A stretch of 64,000 nucleotides of DNA from Eledone cirrhosa (lineage: Eukaryota): the NCBI GenBank assembly GCA_964016885.1, contig OZ024749.1:16740001-16804000 (forward strand), in the 5' to 3' direction. The notes beneath the pieces are model-generated. The model did not search any database. It was given only the letters and a program-made list of their open reading frames with translations, and was not told the origin of the DNA. Both the position numbers and the translations under genes were made by a program. This document shows positions 30,044 through 45,168 of the stretch, in pieces (the first letter of the stretch is position 1; every line of letters begins with the position of its first letter).

Positions 30044-30064
30044 CATATATATATATATACATAC

Positions 30065-30095
<31 letters not shown>

Positions 30096-30239
30096 CATAT
30101 ATACATACATATATACATACATATATATATATACATACATATATATATATTTATATATACATACATATATATATATATATACATACATATATATATATAT
30201 ATATACATACATATATATATATAAAGTATATATATACAT

Positions 30240-30452
<213 letters not shown>

Positions 30453-30478
30453 CATACATATATATATAAAGTATATAT

Positions 30479-30633
<155 letters not shown>

Positions 30634-30635
30634 CA

Positions 30636-31144
30636 TAGAGACAATTGAGGTTGGTAATGGCACATGGAATATATAAGAGACAGAATACTTTTTTGTGAAA
30701 AAACATATAATTTTATAAGGTAAGGAAATAATAAAGTGTATAAAAAATGACCGGTTTCGATGGGTCTGCAAAAGCCATCTTTTCAAATGTTGATTAATAT
30801 TAAGAAAAATTAATAATAAGAAGAGTTAAAATTTGAGATTTGAAAATTCAAGTATAAAATTCATTGTGGGATTTCATAGTAGTTTTCATCTTGGTAGCAG
30901 CTCGTTGACTGCTTCTGGTAGTGAATGAGAAGTTATTTGGAGGTGTGGGTTATTTTATAAAGGTCAAATTTAGCAATGGCCAGATGGCCAGCTGCTGGTC
31001 AGTGAGGGGGTGGAAGCAATATACATACATATATCTTCCTGTGCTCGGTAGGAGAGGGGAGATTGATAGAAAGGGATTTAGTGCACTTACACCTATATAT
31101 ACATACATACCTTCAACCACACATACATACATATACATATACAT

Positions 31145-31197
<53 letters not shown>

Positions 31198-31268
31198 CAC
31201 ACATACATACACACACCCATACATATACATACACACCTACACACACACATATATGCACATACACACAC

Positions 31269-31303
<35 letters not shown>

Positions 31304-31342
31304 TATATATACATACACATACATCCAGATACACACATACAT

Positions 31343-31378
<36 letters not shown>

Positions 31379-33004
31379 GTGTACATACATATATATACAC
31401 ACATATACATACACATATATACACACACCCACACATACACACACACACACATATATATACATACACACATACAAACATGTTGTTCATGGGATTCCATGAA
31501 CAACAAATATACAGTCAGTCCCTTCTCTTATTTGGAGACTCTTTCCACACACACCTCAAAGCCAATTGGAAAAGATATCTAGATGACTGCTTTATCCTAT
31601 GGCAAGAAGACATGAACTCACTTACTATGTTTAAAAACATGATAAACAACATAGATAATAACATACAATTCACAATGGAATCCAATCCCAAGGAATTAGC
31701 CTTCTTGGATATTCTCATCTCTGTAATAGACGGGAAATTAGATACAGATATATTCTATAAACCCACAGATTCCAAGCAATACCTCTTTTTCACATCAAGT
31801 CACCCAAAACATACAAAACTTAACATTCCTTACAATTTGGCCAAACGTATATGTACCATAGTATCAGATCCACCTAAACGGGAGCAAAGACTTAAGAGCC
31901 TTTCCACTTGAAATAATCAACAATGGAATAGACAGGGCAAAACACCTAAATCCCCATCAACTTAACAATCCAAAACAGAAAACCACACTCAACACCCTGC
32001 CATATGTATCCACTTTCAACCCCAGAAATACCGAAATGTTTGATCACCTACACAAAAACCTCCCCATCCTACTTAAAGATGTAAAAATGAAGTCTATTCT
32101 TGAAACACACAAGATCCTTAAAAGTAAAAGACAACCCAAATCACTTAAACGCATTCTCACTGGACCAAATATACCCAAACCAATCCTCAACCCTACAGTT
32201 ACCAAATGTGGTAGAACAAACTGTGGAACGTGCCTCTACCTCACTGAAGGACAAACATTTACATTTAAAGATGGCCAAACATTTACAGTAAAAAACAATT
32301 TCACCTGCAACTCGGAGAACTTGATTTACGCAATAACTTGCGGTGGGTGCAAACACAACTACATAGGACAGACGGGCACCTCATTACGCAAAAGAATGAC
32401 CATCCACCGCCAACAAATCCGGGACGCTAGCACAAGAAAAATCCCCTTGAGCAGCCATATTGCGAACTGCGCAGGAATGACACTACCCAACTTTAAAATC
32501 TTCCCCTTCTACAAGTGCTCAGATTCGTTCACACAGCAACAAAGAATAAACAAAGAAAATCTATTCCTTAACAAATTTAAACCAAAACTAAACGGGTTAT
32601 CACCCCAATAGAATTGTCATAAAATATAAACACACATACGCACGGAATCACTACTATTAAAGACCAGAGACCAATTCTGTAGAATCAGGTTTATTCGTTG
32701 ACAGACCATGCCTTTGTGTGACCAACACATCCATGTTAAACCCTGCACGTGCACACACATATATCTATATATATATGCGCACACAGAATTCACCACTGTC
32801 GGTTGCGGGGCCCAATCTACATGAAGAACTCAATGTGATCAGAATGACTTGTATTTTAATTTCACTGCCCTAACTTCTTATATTATGGAAACAATATATG
32901 TGTATGTATGTATATATATATATTTGGAGGCCATTTCTCTGTGTGTGGGTGTATGTATGTGTATATGTGTGTGTGTGTATGTGTGTGCATGTGGATGTAT
33001 GTAT

Positions 33005-33039
<35 letters not shown>

Positions 33040-33229
33040 GTGTATCTGGATGTATGCGTATGTGTATATATATATGTGTGTGTGTGTGTGTATATATATA
33101 TGTGTGTGTATGTGTATATATGTGTGTGTGTGTTTGTATGTGTGTATGTATATATATGTGTGTGTGTGGGTATGTGTGGGTGTGTGTATATATGTGTATG
33201 TATATGTGTGTATATATATGTATGTACAC

Positions 33230-33269
<40 letters not shown>

Positions 33270-33308
33270 ATGTATGTGTGTATCTGCATGTATGTGTATG
33301 TATATATA

Positions 33309-33355
<47 letters not shown>

Positions 33356-33416
33356 ATGTGCATATATGTGTGTGTGTATGTGTGTATGTATATGTATGGG
33401 TGTGTATGTATGTGTG

Positions 33417-33480
<64 letters not shown>
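30636..33480 (+). mobile_element. PLE family D: inverted 3'-UTR piece (30636-31475), 5'-truncated RT/GIY-YIG (31476-32611) and 3' UTR
   Basis: WKRYLDD, FLDI, KPTD, CGRTNCGTC, NLIY..CGGC..YIGQT; composite microsatellite 31150-31475 is mirrored at ~33020-33480. Confidence 0.85.
30744..30791 (-). ncRNA. Hammerhead with U3-A8 core (PLE-D inverted piece)
   Basis: Reverse complement of 37376-37423. Confidence 0.6.
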
Positions 33481-33485
<5 letters not shown>

Positions 33486-34902
33486 GTTAGAACACGAAAA
33501 GTGTGAAACAACAGAATGTTCACTTTTCGTGTTCTAACATATATGCCTAGCTTCTTTAAAAATCTTTCGGGGATAGCCGTGGTGGTGGTGATCGTATGTC
33601 ATTGGCTAATTTTCAACCAATCAGAGTACTTCTCTCTATATCTCTTCCACTGTTACTTACGCCTGTTTCTCTCTATCTGTTCCGCCTCTATATATATCTC
33701 TTACTCTTTCGCTTTGCACTCCTCCCCTTCAATACCATCTCTCCCCCTCTCTATATATTTGTTACTCTATCGCTGCACGCGCCTCTCCTTCAATATATCA
33801 ATTACACACGCTTTACACTCCTTTATCCCCAGCGCCCCTATATATACACCCCCCTTCTCCCGCATCTATATTTTAATGTACCGTTGCACCGTGAATATAT
33901 GTGTCTATATATATATACATATATATTGTATATACACATTCATGTATGTGTATACACACTCATGTATGTATATACACTGGTTTTATGTGTGTATTGTAAA
34001 TTTGTACTGTTAAAACACGAAACTAACATTCGATTGACACTTTGATTACCTGTACAGGCAATAGTTATTAGAATGCTGTTGAAGTGTGTATATATTTTGG
34101 GGGGACATCCTGTATATACACACATTATATATAATACAATAAACAGATAAATACACACATATATATATGAGCTTATTTAATTATAAATATTGTGAATTTT
34201 TAACTCAGTTCAATTATATATATAAATGGCTTCTACAGGACTAGAACTGTTTCATTCGAAAGAAATCATCATAATATTGAGAGGGGGGACTAGATAAAAT
34301 ATTTCAAATCAAATGTGTATAAGTTATAAGTTAAAATGTATAAATAGAGACGATAGTGGAGGTATATCTGTTTAGTGGAACAGTAGACGATAGAATTAAA
34401 TACAGACGATAATCTCCCTTTAATGAAACAGCAGACGATAGAATTAAGGCAATTTAAATTTTAAGCATTTGCATTTTTGCCTTTCATCGTTACGGGGTCG
34501 ATAAAATAAAGTACCAGTAATACACTGTCACTAGACGACTTTCAAATTGAATTGTTGGTTCCATTTCTTTAGTATTTTCAATTGTAGTTATCTACTTAAA
34601 AAGCGTTACACGGTTAGAGACATAATTCGTAAGTTATATCTTCCCTATTAAACCATTGCATTATTTCGCCTACAATAGAACAAAAATGAAATGTTCTTTA
34701 AAGAAACAGGAATATAACTTTATAAAAAAAAAAGTTGCATCCGCTTCTTTTATCATTGATAATTTTTTCGTTTTAATATTAATTGTTTTTTGTAGTTGTT
34801 TATATTAAAAATCTTACTGTAATATTTACTTAAACGAAGGCAAACATCTAAACTTATAGATTAATCTTGAGCGAAGGACTAGATAAATCTCTCTCTCTCT
34901 CC

Positions 34903-34937
<35 letters not shown>

Positions 34938-35336
34938 AACGAAGAATGATAAAATTTCAAGCAAAGAGTTTAATTAGGTATATTTTGTAATATTATTAAC
35001 TAATTATTATAATTAACGCGCATATTTTGCTATCCTCAAACACGTTTACACATGGCATGAAATATAACTAATCCGAGATGGCTAGGTTTCATCTTCTAAC
35101 TGGATATACGAAATCCATTATGTCTTGACAACAACATGAGGTAACATTATGTTATTCACAGACACACTTTGTACACTGTTCCATATCAGAATGTATTTCC
35201 TTCGTCACATTCACAAACAGTATTGAAAATATGTTCTTCGGCAAATAAAAATGTTTTGTTCATAATATTTCAACTAGCGATTGCTCTACTCCACGCACGA
35301 CCACCATAAATTAATGACCAGCTCAACACAAGTATT

Positions 35337-35495
35337 GGTAGAGCGTCAGACACCATGCTTTGCAGTATTGTTATGGTCCTTTGCATTCTAAGTTCAAATC
35401 CTGCCGAGGTTAACTTCGACTTTCATACTTACTAATTCGATAAAATAAAGTACCAGTAATGGACTGCCGTAATGGATTTGTGCCGAAAAATAGAA
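35337..35495 (+). mobile_element. tRNA-derived SINE remnant (octopus-type); further remnants at 34468-34525 and 59895-60030
   Basis: Box-B-like GTTCAAATC followed by gccgaggt..ttcat..gataaaataaagtaccagt, shared in part by the three copies. Confidence 0.65.
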
Positions 35496-36054
35496 ACACT
35501 ATTAATGTGCAATAAGAGCAAAATATAACGACATTGCTCAATTATTTTATCTAATGTTGTAATAACACAAGGAAATGTTGTTTGTGTATTTTTTTTTATA
35601 TTTGCTCATAGGCTTTTACAATTTCGCTCAGCCAACAACTATTAAAAAGTGAGTTGCTTAAGATAACAATTTAATCACAAATTGTTGCTATCTTTTAATA
35701 CACTCCAACAAGTCATCAAATTATGTACAATAAAAACAAATCTTATTAATTTGCTCAGGGAATATAAAGAAAATGTATATACACTGATAATTGCAATTGT
35801 ATGTAAATATTTTGTTTTTGTATTGTATATTTTATGTTTTCTATTATGTATAATATATTGATTTAATATTGATTGTTTTTTGTAGTTGTTTATATTAAAA
35901 GTCTGAAAATATTTTTATACATCTTACACTAATATTTATAAGATAATTTATAATAACAATTACATAATCTAATTACATTACAACGATAATTTATTATTAA
36001 TATATATCCTGTTTAACTAGAGTTATTACAAGCGTTGCCTTAAAAAAATATTAA

Positions 36055-37011
36055 ACTAGACATGAAAAATGCGCAAGCTCAAAAGTGCCACAGAATGTTA
36101 TAATAAACCTTCAAAAGTGTGGGACTAGAGTTGTTGCTAAAAAATATTGTAATCATTATATATCGTACATTCTGTGGCATCCTTTATAAAAATAGCTTAA
36201 ACCAACGAAGCCTTTATTTTTACGCTATTTCACTTAGTTAATTCTTAGAGTGTAACATATAAAAATAAATACATCTATGTTTAATGTAATAACAGCTATA
36301 AATAATTACGTAATATTATTATCATATACTCATAGTAACAAAATAATTGTGTTGAAACTTAATATGATGCTTATATGAACGATCAAATCTATAATGATAA
36401 TTTCTTAAATATACTAATAGTAAACTAATTTAGTTATCTATTGTTACATTTTCATAGAACTATAATATTAACAATCGTATTGCATTATCAAATTTTTATC
36501 ACTACAAACTTTCATATTGGAATTACCTTAAGCCACTTATTATTACTTCGCTTTCGTACTTTTACAGCTGTAGATATTGCGCTGTATCTTATATCTAATA
36601 TCAATATCTCGTGGTAATTTGCATGAAGTGTAAAATAGGTTTATTAATAACTTTAATATGAAATGTATTATACAGGGCTGCGGAGTCGGCCAAAAATTGA
36701 CTGGCTCCAACTCAGGATCCGATACTCCATTATTTCCTAAATTTCAGCTCCGCAGCTCTGTTATTATATTAATTAATTTATTTTATAGTTGTAAATCATA
36801 TTTTTATATGTTACACTCTAAGAATTAACTAAGTGAAATAGCGTAAAAATAAAGGCTTCGTTGGTTTAAGCTATTTTTATAAAGGATGCCACAGAATGTA
36901 CGATATATAATGATTACAATATTTTTTAGCAACAACTCTAGTCCCACACTTTTGAAGGTTTATTATAACATTCTGTGGCACTTTTGAGCTTGCGCATTTT
37001 TCATGTCTAGT
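36055..37011. repeat. 213-bp inverted duplication (36055-36267 / 36799-37011)
   Basis: Arms read as exact reverse complements. Confidence 0.9.
36673..36760. mobile_element. 88-bp hAT-type MITE remnant
   Basis: TIRs CAGGGCTGCGGAG / CTCCGCAGCTCTG; 8-bp TSD-like gtattata / ttattata. Confidence 0.6.
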
Positions 37012-37666
<655 letters not shown>

Positions 37667-37671
37667 CATAG

Positions 37672-39623
37672 CGGCGATGAATTAGTTTAGCGAGGTTTTT
37701 TATATGAAATCGTGTGTCGAAACAGATATTGTTATACTTGCAATAGGGGCTAGTATCAAAACTACCCTAAAGGGCCACATATTTAAGTTCAATGAGAAAA
37801 TCTACACCCAAAATGAGGGACCAGCCATCGACGTCAGCATAGCTGGTGATGTTGCCAACCTTTTCATGGTATGGTGGGAAAGGAGACTTAAAGATCTCCT
37901 TAATGAAAGCTCCGTAGACCTCATCATGTACTCTCGTTATGTAGACGATATCAATATAGTTATAAGAACACCCCCACTAGAGAGCGCTAACAAGTTTGAT
38001 TTAGAATGTAGCACGATGGAAAGCATCCAGCAGATAGCTAATTCCATACACCAGAGTATAACTGTAACTATCGACTTCCCTTCCAAACACCCTAACAATA
38101 GACTACCTGTATTAGACACAGAACTCTGGATTAACACTATAGACGAGAGAGCCCAAATTCTCCACTCACACTATGCTAAACCCATGGCCTCCAAATACCT
38201 GATACTCAAAAACTCAGCAATGTCCAGTAGTGCTAAGTTTAATATTCTGATCGCAGATTTGGTACGAGTGATGAAGAATGTGTCCAGCATGTGCGACCCA
38301 ACAGAAGTGGAAAGACATATCCAACACTTCATCAACCACATGCAGTTCTCTGGCTACAACCAAAGAGACAGAATCAGAGTATACGAAGGAGCCATGGAGA
38401 AGTATAAGACCCTCATGGAACTGGATATGAAAGGAATTTGCCCATTATACAGGAGCAAATCATGGAATAGCTTAGATAGGGCTAGACATAAGATAGGGAA
38501 AGCCACCTCATGGTACGACAACCAGAGATACCAGAGTGTCATGTTTGTGGACGCTACCCCTGGAGGGAAATTAGCTAACCAGTGTAGAAAGGCCCTGAGA
38601 AAGACCCACTTAAAAATAAAGGTGGTAGAAAAGCCAGGAACCACCATAAAATCCCTGATCAGCAAAACCTACCCTTTTAAGAAAACGCACTGTACCAATA
38701 GGAAATGTATCATATGTAAGGTGAACCCCCGGATAAACTGTAAAACTAGAAACGTAGTCTATAGCATAAGATGTACAGAGGGTACTTGCAGAAACATGAC
38801 AACAACATACATAGGTGAGACAGCTCGTAGCATAGGTGAAAGGATAGACCAAAACTGGGGGGAACTAAAAGGACGAAAAAACGGGTCAGTACTATACGAA
38901 CATGCTAGACAACAACATGACGATAACATAGACAACATAGAAATTAGAAGAATATCTAAACATAGGAATGACCCAGCAGATAGGCAAATCAGAGAGGCCA
39001 GTGAAATAGAAATTAGAAGACCAAAGCTAAACAGAAAGAATGAGTGGAACAACAACAACACCCAAACAAACAACACTGACCTAAGAGAAGTATAAATAAG
39101 TAAATAAAATAAAATAAAATAAGATAAATAAATACATACACAAGCACAATAACAACAAGCACATAAACACACACTAGTCACCCAGCAGACACAACACTAT
39201 ACACACTAGTCACACAGCACACATAACACTATACACACACGCAAACGCATGCGCAAAGAAGACAACATAAATAAAATAAAAAAACAAGCAAATAAATAAA
39301 TAAATATATAGACAGACTGAATAAAAAATGGCGTAGACATACAACACAACAGGAGGAACAAAGAATATAACACCACTGACGATGTTGCAGATGTGCAACG
39401 AAAGATTTATGTAAATTATGTAAACTATATATATGTGTTTGTGTCTATATTGTATCTGTATTATTTTTGACCGTCGGTCAGTCAATGGCAACATTGAGGA
39501 CCGAGTAAGTTAGATCGCAGATATAAAAGACAGCGAGAAGCGAAAACCAACCAAACCGTGAGTGTGTTCTGTTATTAATTCTGGCAATATTACGCAAATA
39601 TGACCCTCCCCAAGTATATCAAT
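37672..39623 (+). mobile_element. PLE family C2 (related to C), 5'-truncated, with a short inverted 5' piece (37672-37740) and an open ORF to 39095
   Basis: RYVDD, NVVY..YIGETAR; 3' end atgaccctcccc shared with family C. Confidence 0.9.
39374..39412 (+). ncRNA. Hammerhead motif (PLE-C2), weak stem I
   Basis: ca CTGACGA t-gttgca-gatg-tgcaac GAAA ga-t-t TA tg; same position as the family C HHR. Confidence 0.6.
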
Positions 39624-39631
39624 ATATATAC

Positions 39632-39705
<74 letters not shown>

Positions 39706-39767
39706 ATACATATATATATATATATATACATACATATATATATATATACATACATATATATATATAT

Positions 39768-39842
<75 letters not shown>

Positions 39843-39843
39843 C

Positions 39844-40268
<425 letters not shown>

Positions 40269-40287
40269 CATATATATATATATATAT

Positions 40288-40322
<35 letters not shown>

Positions 40323-40345
40323 CATACATATATATATATATATAT

Positions 40346-40416
<71 letters not shown>

Positions 40417-40419
40417 CAT

Positions 40420-41210
40420 ACTATGACCCATGTCAGGTTTAAAACCAGATTTTACTCACATGTCGCTTCTTTTAAGCACTCCGATAAACGAACATCAACG
40501 GCCCTCGCAAGTAAGGTGTGGGATCTCAAGGATAGTAACATCCCGTACTCTATTGATTGGTCTATATTAGACCATTCGAGGGAGTACCAAAGGGGCACAA
40601 AGAATTGTTCTTTGTGTACCACAGAAAAGTATAGGATTTTGCTAAACTTGAGAGCCACTTCTGCTTGCCTTAACTCAAAGACTGAGATCTTCAGATGCTG
40701 TCCTCATCTGAAATCGCATCTGATCTGTAACTGGATTGACACTCCTATGATAAATCAACCGCCTTGAACTCCTTCTCTGCTTTTTACTTCTGCTACGGTT
40801 TTTAATTTGCTGATTCTACGTTCTGTACTCTTGTATATTTACTTAATTTTTTCTCCCTTACCTCCCCTTATATTTTACCTCCTCTTATGCCCCCCCCCCA
40901 TATATTCTTTTTGTTTTGCCCTTCACATACCTATGTGTATGTATATTTGTGTGTATATGTATATATGTATGTATATATATATATATATGTATGTATGTGT
41001 GTGTATGTGTATGTGTGTATATATATATGTATATTTGTGTGTGTATATGTATGTATATGTGGATAAACCAGGTTTTTTCATTCTGAAGATTGAAGGAAAC
41101 ATTTTTTGCTTTTAAGAAACCACTGGTGAATGGAATAATTGCCTTATGTTGCTTTATTACTTTACTACTATATATACGTTTATGTAAGGTTCATTTGAAT
41201 TATCTAAGAC
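40420..41210 (+). mobile_element. PLE family E: GIY-YIG C-terminal fragment and 3' UTR with HHR motif (41076-41135, non-canonical GUG site)
   Basis: [27 protein letters not shown]. Confidence 0.8.
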
Positions 41211-41277
41211 ATGTATATGTGTGTGTGTATGTGTATGCATATGTGTATGTGTACGTATATGTGTATATATATATTTA

Positions 41278-41324
<47 letters not shown>

Positions 41325-41505
41325 GTGTATATATATGCGTGTATGTATGTGCGTGTGTGTGTATATATATATATGTATGTGTGTGTGTGTGTTTGTATTT
41401 GGTTGTGCGTGTTTATGATATATACGTATTTGCATGTGTATAATTGTTTAGCTTTGTATGTATATATGTGTGTGTATGTATACGTATATGTGTGTGTGTG
41501 TTTGC

Positions 41506-41566
<61 letters not shown>

Positions 41567-41792
41567 GTTGTGTATATAATTACATATACATGTGTGTGTG
41601 TATATATTGTATACGTGTGTGTGTTTGTGTATGTATGTGTATGTATGTGTTTATGTATTTGTATATGTACATTTATGTGTGAGAGTGTGTGTATGTGTTT
41701 ACTATTTCGTACGTATGTATACGTGTATTTGTGTGTATTACTTACCACGCGTGTCTGTCGTCCGGTTAGCTGCCTCAAGTAACGGTGTCAAA

Positions 41793-41827
<35 letters not shown>

Positions 41828-41984
41828 GATTTAATGCTCTGAAATAGCGATATATATGTGAAGACAAACATAGAATATTCGAAAATATTCTGTATGTTTA
41901 TAATAAACATTTTGAAGACCCAATCGCTATAGAATAGAATACGTCACGTATTACAATTTGAGATTCTCGATAAAAGCAAGGGAA

Positions 41985-42027
41985 GTAACCTACGCGTTTC
42001 ATTCTTATTAGAAATCATCAGGATTAC
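41985..42027 (-). ncRNA. Type I hammerhead (312-nt element, inverted unit)
   Basis: Reverse complement of 42107-42149. Confidence 0.85.
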
Positions 42028-42106
42028 ATATCCAATGCTTTTATCGAGAATGACACAGCTAGAGACTTATAGAATACTTAGCTGTGTCATTCTCGATATT
42101 GGATAT

Positions 42107-42149
42107 GTAATCCTGATGATTTCTAATAAGAATGAAACGCGTAGGTTAC
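42107..42149 (+). ncRNA. Type I hammerhead (312-nt element)
   Basis: gtaatc CTGATGA t-ttct-aata-agaa-t GAAA cgcg TA ggttac. Confidence 0.85.
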
Positions 42150-42418
42150 TTCCCTTGCTTTTATCGAGAATCTCAAATTGTAATACGTGACGTATTCTAT
42201 TCTATAGCGATTGGGTCTTCAAAATGTTTATTATAAACATACAGAATATTTTCGAATATTCTATGTTTGTCTTCACATATATATCGCTATTTCAGAGCAT
42301 TAAATCCAAATTCTAATTTCTGCCGGACCGGCTACCGCTCTTTCAAACCAGTTCCTGTACACAGCTAAGTATTCTATAAGTCTCTAGCTGTGTCATTCTC
42401 GATAAAAGCATTGGATAT

Positions 42419-42461
42419 GTAATCCTGATGATTTCTAATAAGAATGAAACGCGTAGGTTAC
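42419..42461 (+). ncRNA. Type I hammerhead (312-nt element, second unit)
   Basis: Identical core; enclosed by a 16-bp stem attctcgataaaagca / tgcttttatcgagaat. Confidence 0.85.
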
Positions 42462-42589
42462 TTCCCTTGCTTTTATCGAGAATCTCAAATTGTAATACGT
42501 GACGTATTCTATTCTATAGCGATTGGGTCTTCAAAATGTTTATTATAAACATACAGAATATTTTCGAATATTCTATGTTTGTCTTCATA

Positions 42590-42620
<31 letters not shown>

Positions 42621-42799
42621 TTTCTCATATTTATTTGCGTGTGTGAATATGTAGAGGAGTGCATTTATGTATGTGTATGTATGTACGTTATGTATGTTTG
42701 TGTGAATGTATGTATGTATATGTGTGTGTGTATGGCTATGTTTGTGTATGTGTATGCTTGTACACACACATATGTATGTGTATGTGTGTATATATATAT

Positions 42800-45122
42800 A
42801 TGGTATTTTTAATAAAAATTTTATTAAACTCTCATTCTCTACCACCCCTAATATTGGTTCTCATTTAGCTAGCACTAATAATAGGAAAATTAGGGATGGA
42901 TTCTCCTCTCTACATACTACTAGTCTGAACGGATCTGACAATGCTTTACCACCAGAACAGTCCTTATCTAATAGAAATCCTACGTGTAATACATCACCAC
43001 TCGAGCCAACCAATAACACCCGGAAGTGCAATTGTAGAGTGAGTGCTAACTGCCCTTTAAACGGTAACTGCCTTTCTAAGAACATAGTCTACGCTTGCGA
43101 AGTTATAACTAATTCCTCTAATAGAACTTATATAGGATCTACTTCAAACACTTTTAAGACTAGGTTTAACTCTCATATCTCTAACTTCAAACATGTTAGG
43201 TTTAAGAATTCTACTTCTTTAGCGCATTATATCTGGGATCTTAAGGGAGCTTATATACCATATAGCCTTAATTGGCGTTTAGTAGCACGCTCTAACCACC
43301 TTTCTACACATACTAAGTTTTGAAATCTCTGTATCCTTGAGACACACTCTATAATTTTCTTTAGCGTATCCTTACTTAATAGAAAGTCTGAGATATTCTC
43401 TTCTTGCCCCCACGCCATTTCTAATTCTTACTTTTATTATAAACCCAAATGTTCTAGTAGTACAAATTGTACCCATTAGCAGATATATTCCATTACTTAT
43501 TTTTAGTTTAGGTTCTTTTGTTTGCCAACATTATTGTTATCATCATTATTACCATTGGTTTTTGATGACTCTTCATTCTAGCTCTCATAGTCATTTGGCT
43601 ACTGTACCATATCTATGTTTTCACTATTACACCTTGTTAATATATATAAGATTACATACTTTACGCCATTTACTTTATTTTATTATTATCTTTATTTTTA
43701 TTTTTATTATTAATTTTATTTTTAATTTTATTTTTAATTTTATTCAGATTCATCTTTAGATAACCCCCCCCCCCCATGCGCACATAAACTTATTGTCAAC
43801 CCCTCCAGATTGACTATGATTATATTTAACTTATAATCTTTTACGCTCCGTTCTATTATTTATTATAGTATATCGACTATATTTTATGCCCCTTTGCACC
43901 CTCCATATATTTCTTCAATTCTGTCCCCATTAGCCTACCTTAATTCTACTTAAGTCAGTTTTTTAGATATCGTTATGTATATGTTAGTAAACAATTTCAT
44001 TCCTTTTTGTAAACATTTGTAACGAAACATTAAAGTTTATAAACTTTAATGACTTAAACTACAGCTAATATTATACTACCTTATTGGATAGTTTTGATAT
44101 TTTTAATATTAATTTATCAAATAGGGTTTTGAGTCAATTAAAGTTATTGTTTTCCTTAGTTTTTACCTAACTACTTAACTGCATGTGAGACCTAAATGTG
44201 TATATATTTGTTTTTGTTTTGTAATTTCCGGTTGATTATATTTATTTATTTTATTCTATATTTTATATTCTATTTACTATTCACTGTCTGGCTTTACTTA
44301 CACATCCACATATGTCTGTCTACTAACCTTGTAATTATAAGTATTTATATATTATTTTATGTCAATTTATAATATATTATATTATATTGTATTGTAATAT
44401 TGATCCTTATTACTTACTGTTCATTATATGTAACATTATGATATTTAAACTTTATATATCATGTAAGATGTCTGTATTTTTGTAATATTGTAATATTGAT
44501 CCTTATTACTTACTGTTCATTATATGTAACATTATGATATTTAGACTTTACATATCATGTAAGATGTCTGTATATTTTTTTCTGTACCATCATAATTTTT
44601 TCTGTACCATCATAGTGTTTTTTGAGTATTGTATAATTTATTTTTCCTCATTTACTCTGTAACCCAGTATGAATCGATTTGTATATATTGTTTATTGTAA
44701 ATGTTAGTACATTGTTAACATATTATCATTATATTATTATTGTGACATCTACCATCATAGTGTTTTTTGAGTATTATATAATTTATTTTTCCTCATTTAC
44801 TCTGTAACCCAGTATGAATCGATTTGTATATATTGTTTATTGTAAATGTTAGTACATTGTTAACATATTATCATTATATTATTATTGACATCTATATTGT
44901 TTGTGTAAATTAACCGTGGGATTATCTATTATATTATATTGAATTATATAATTTTATTGTTTATTATTTATTATATGTGTCTCTTGTAATTATATCAAAT
45001 TATTGCCTCATGTATATTGGGTAGATGTATTGGTATTATTTTCACTCTTATCATGCTTATTTTTATATTCAAACTTCTAATAAGGCTTAATTTGTGTAGT
45101 TGAACATAGATGTGCGTATTGT

Positions 45123-45168
<46 letters not shown>

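Larger units (their letters stand above)
41823..42587 (+). mobile_element. Non-coding retrozyme-like element: 312-nt HHR monomer in head-to-tail repeat plus an inverted copy
   Basis: HHRs at 42107-42149 (+), 42419-42461 (+) and 41985-42027 (-); no ORF; (TA)n flanks. Confidence 0.85.

Noticed and set aside
32821-32836. 16-mer atgaagaactcaatgt shared with PLE-B (~20324)
   Set aside because: One isolated 16-nt match is plausible by chance in 64 kb, and there is no flanking similarity.
34054-34114. Tc1/mariner-like terminus (ggacatcctgTA)
   Set aside because: No convincing partner TIR; too short to call.
41823-42587. CRISPR array or ordinary MITE interpretation
   Set aside because: There is no repeat-spacer pattern or cas gene, the context is eukaryotic, and the repeats are whole HHR-bearing monomers.
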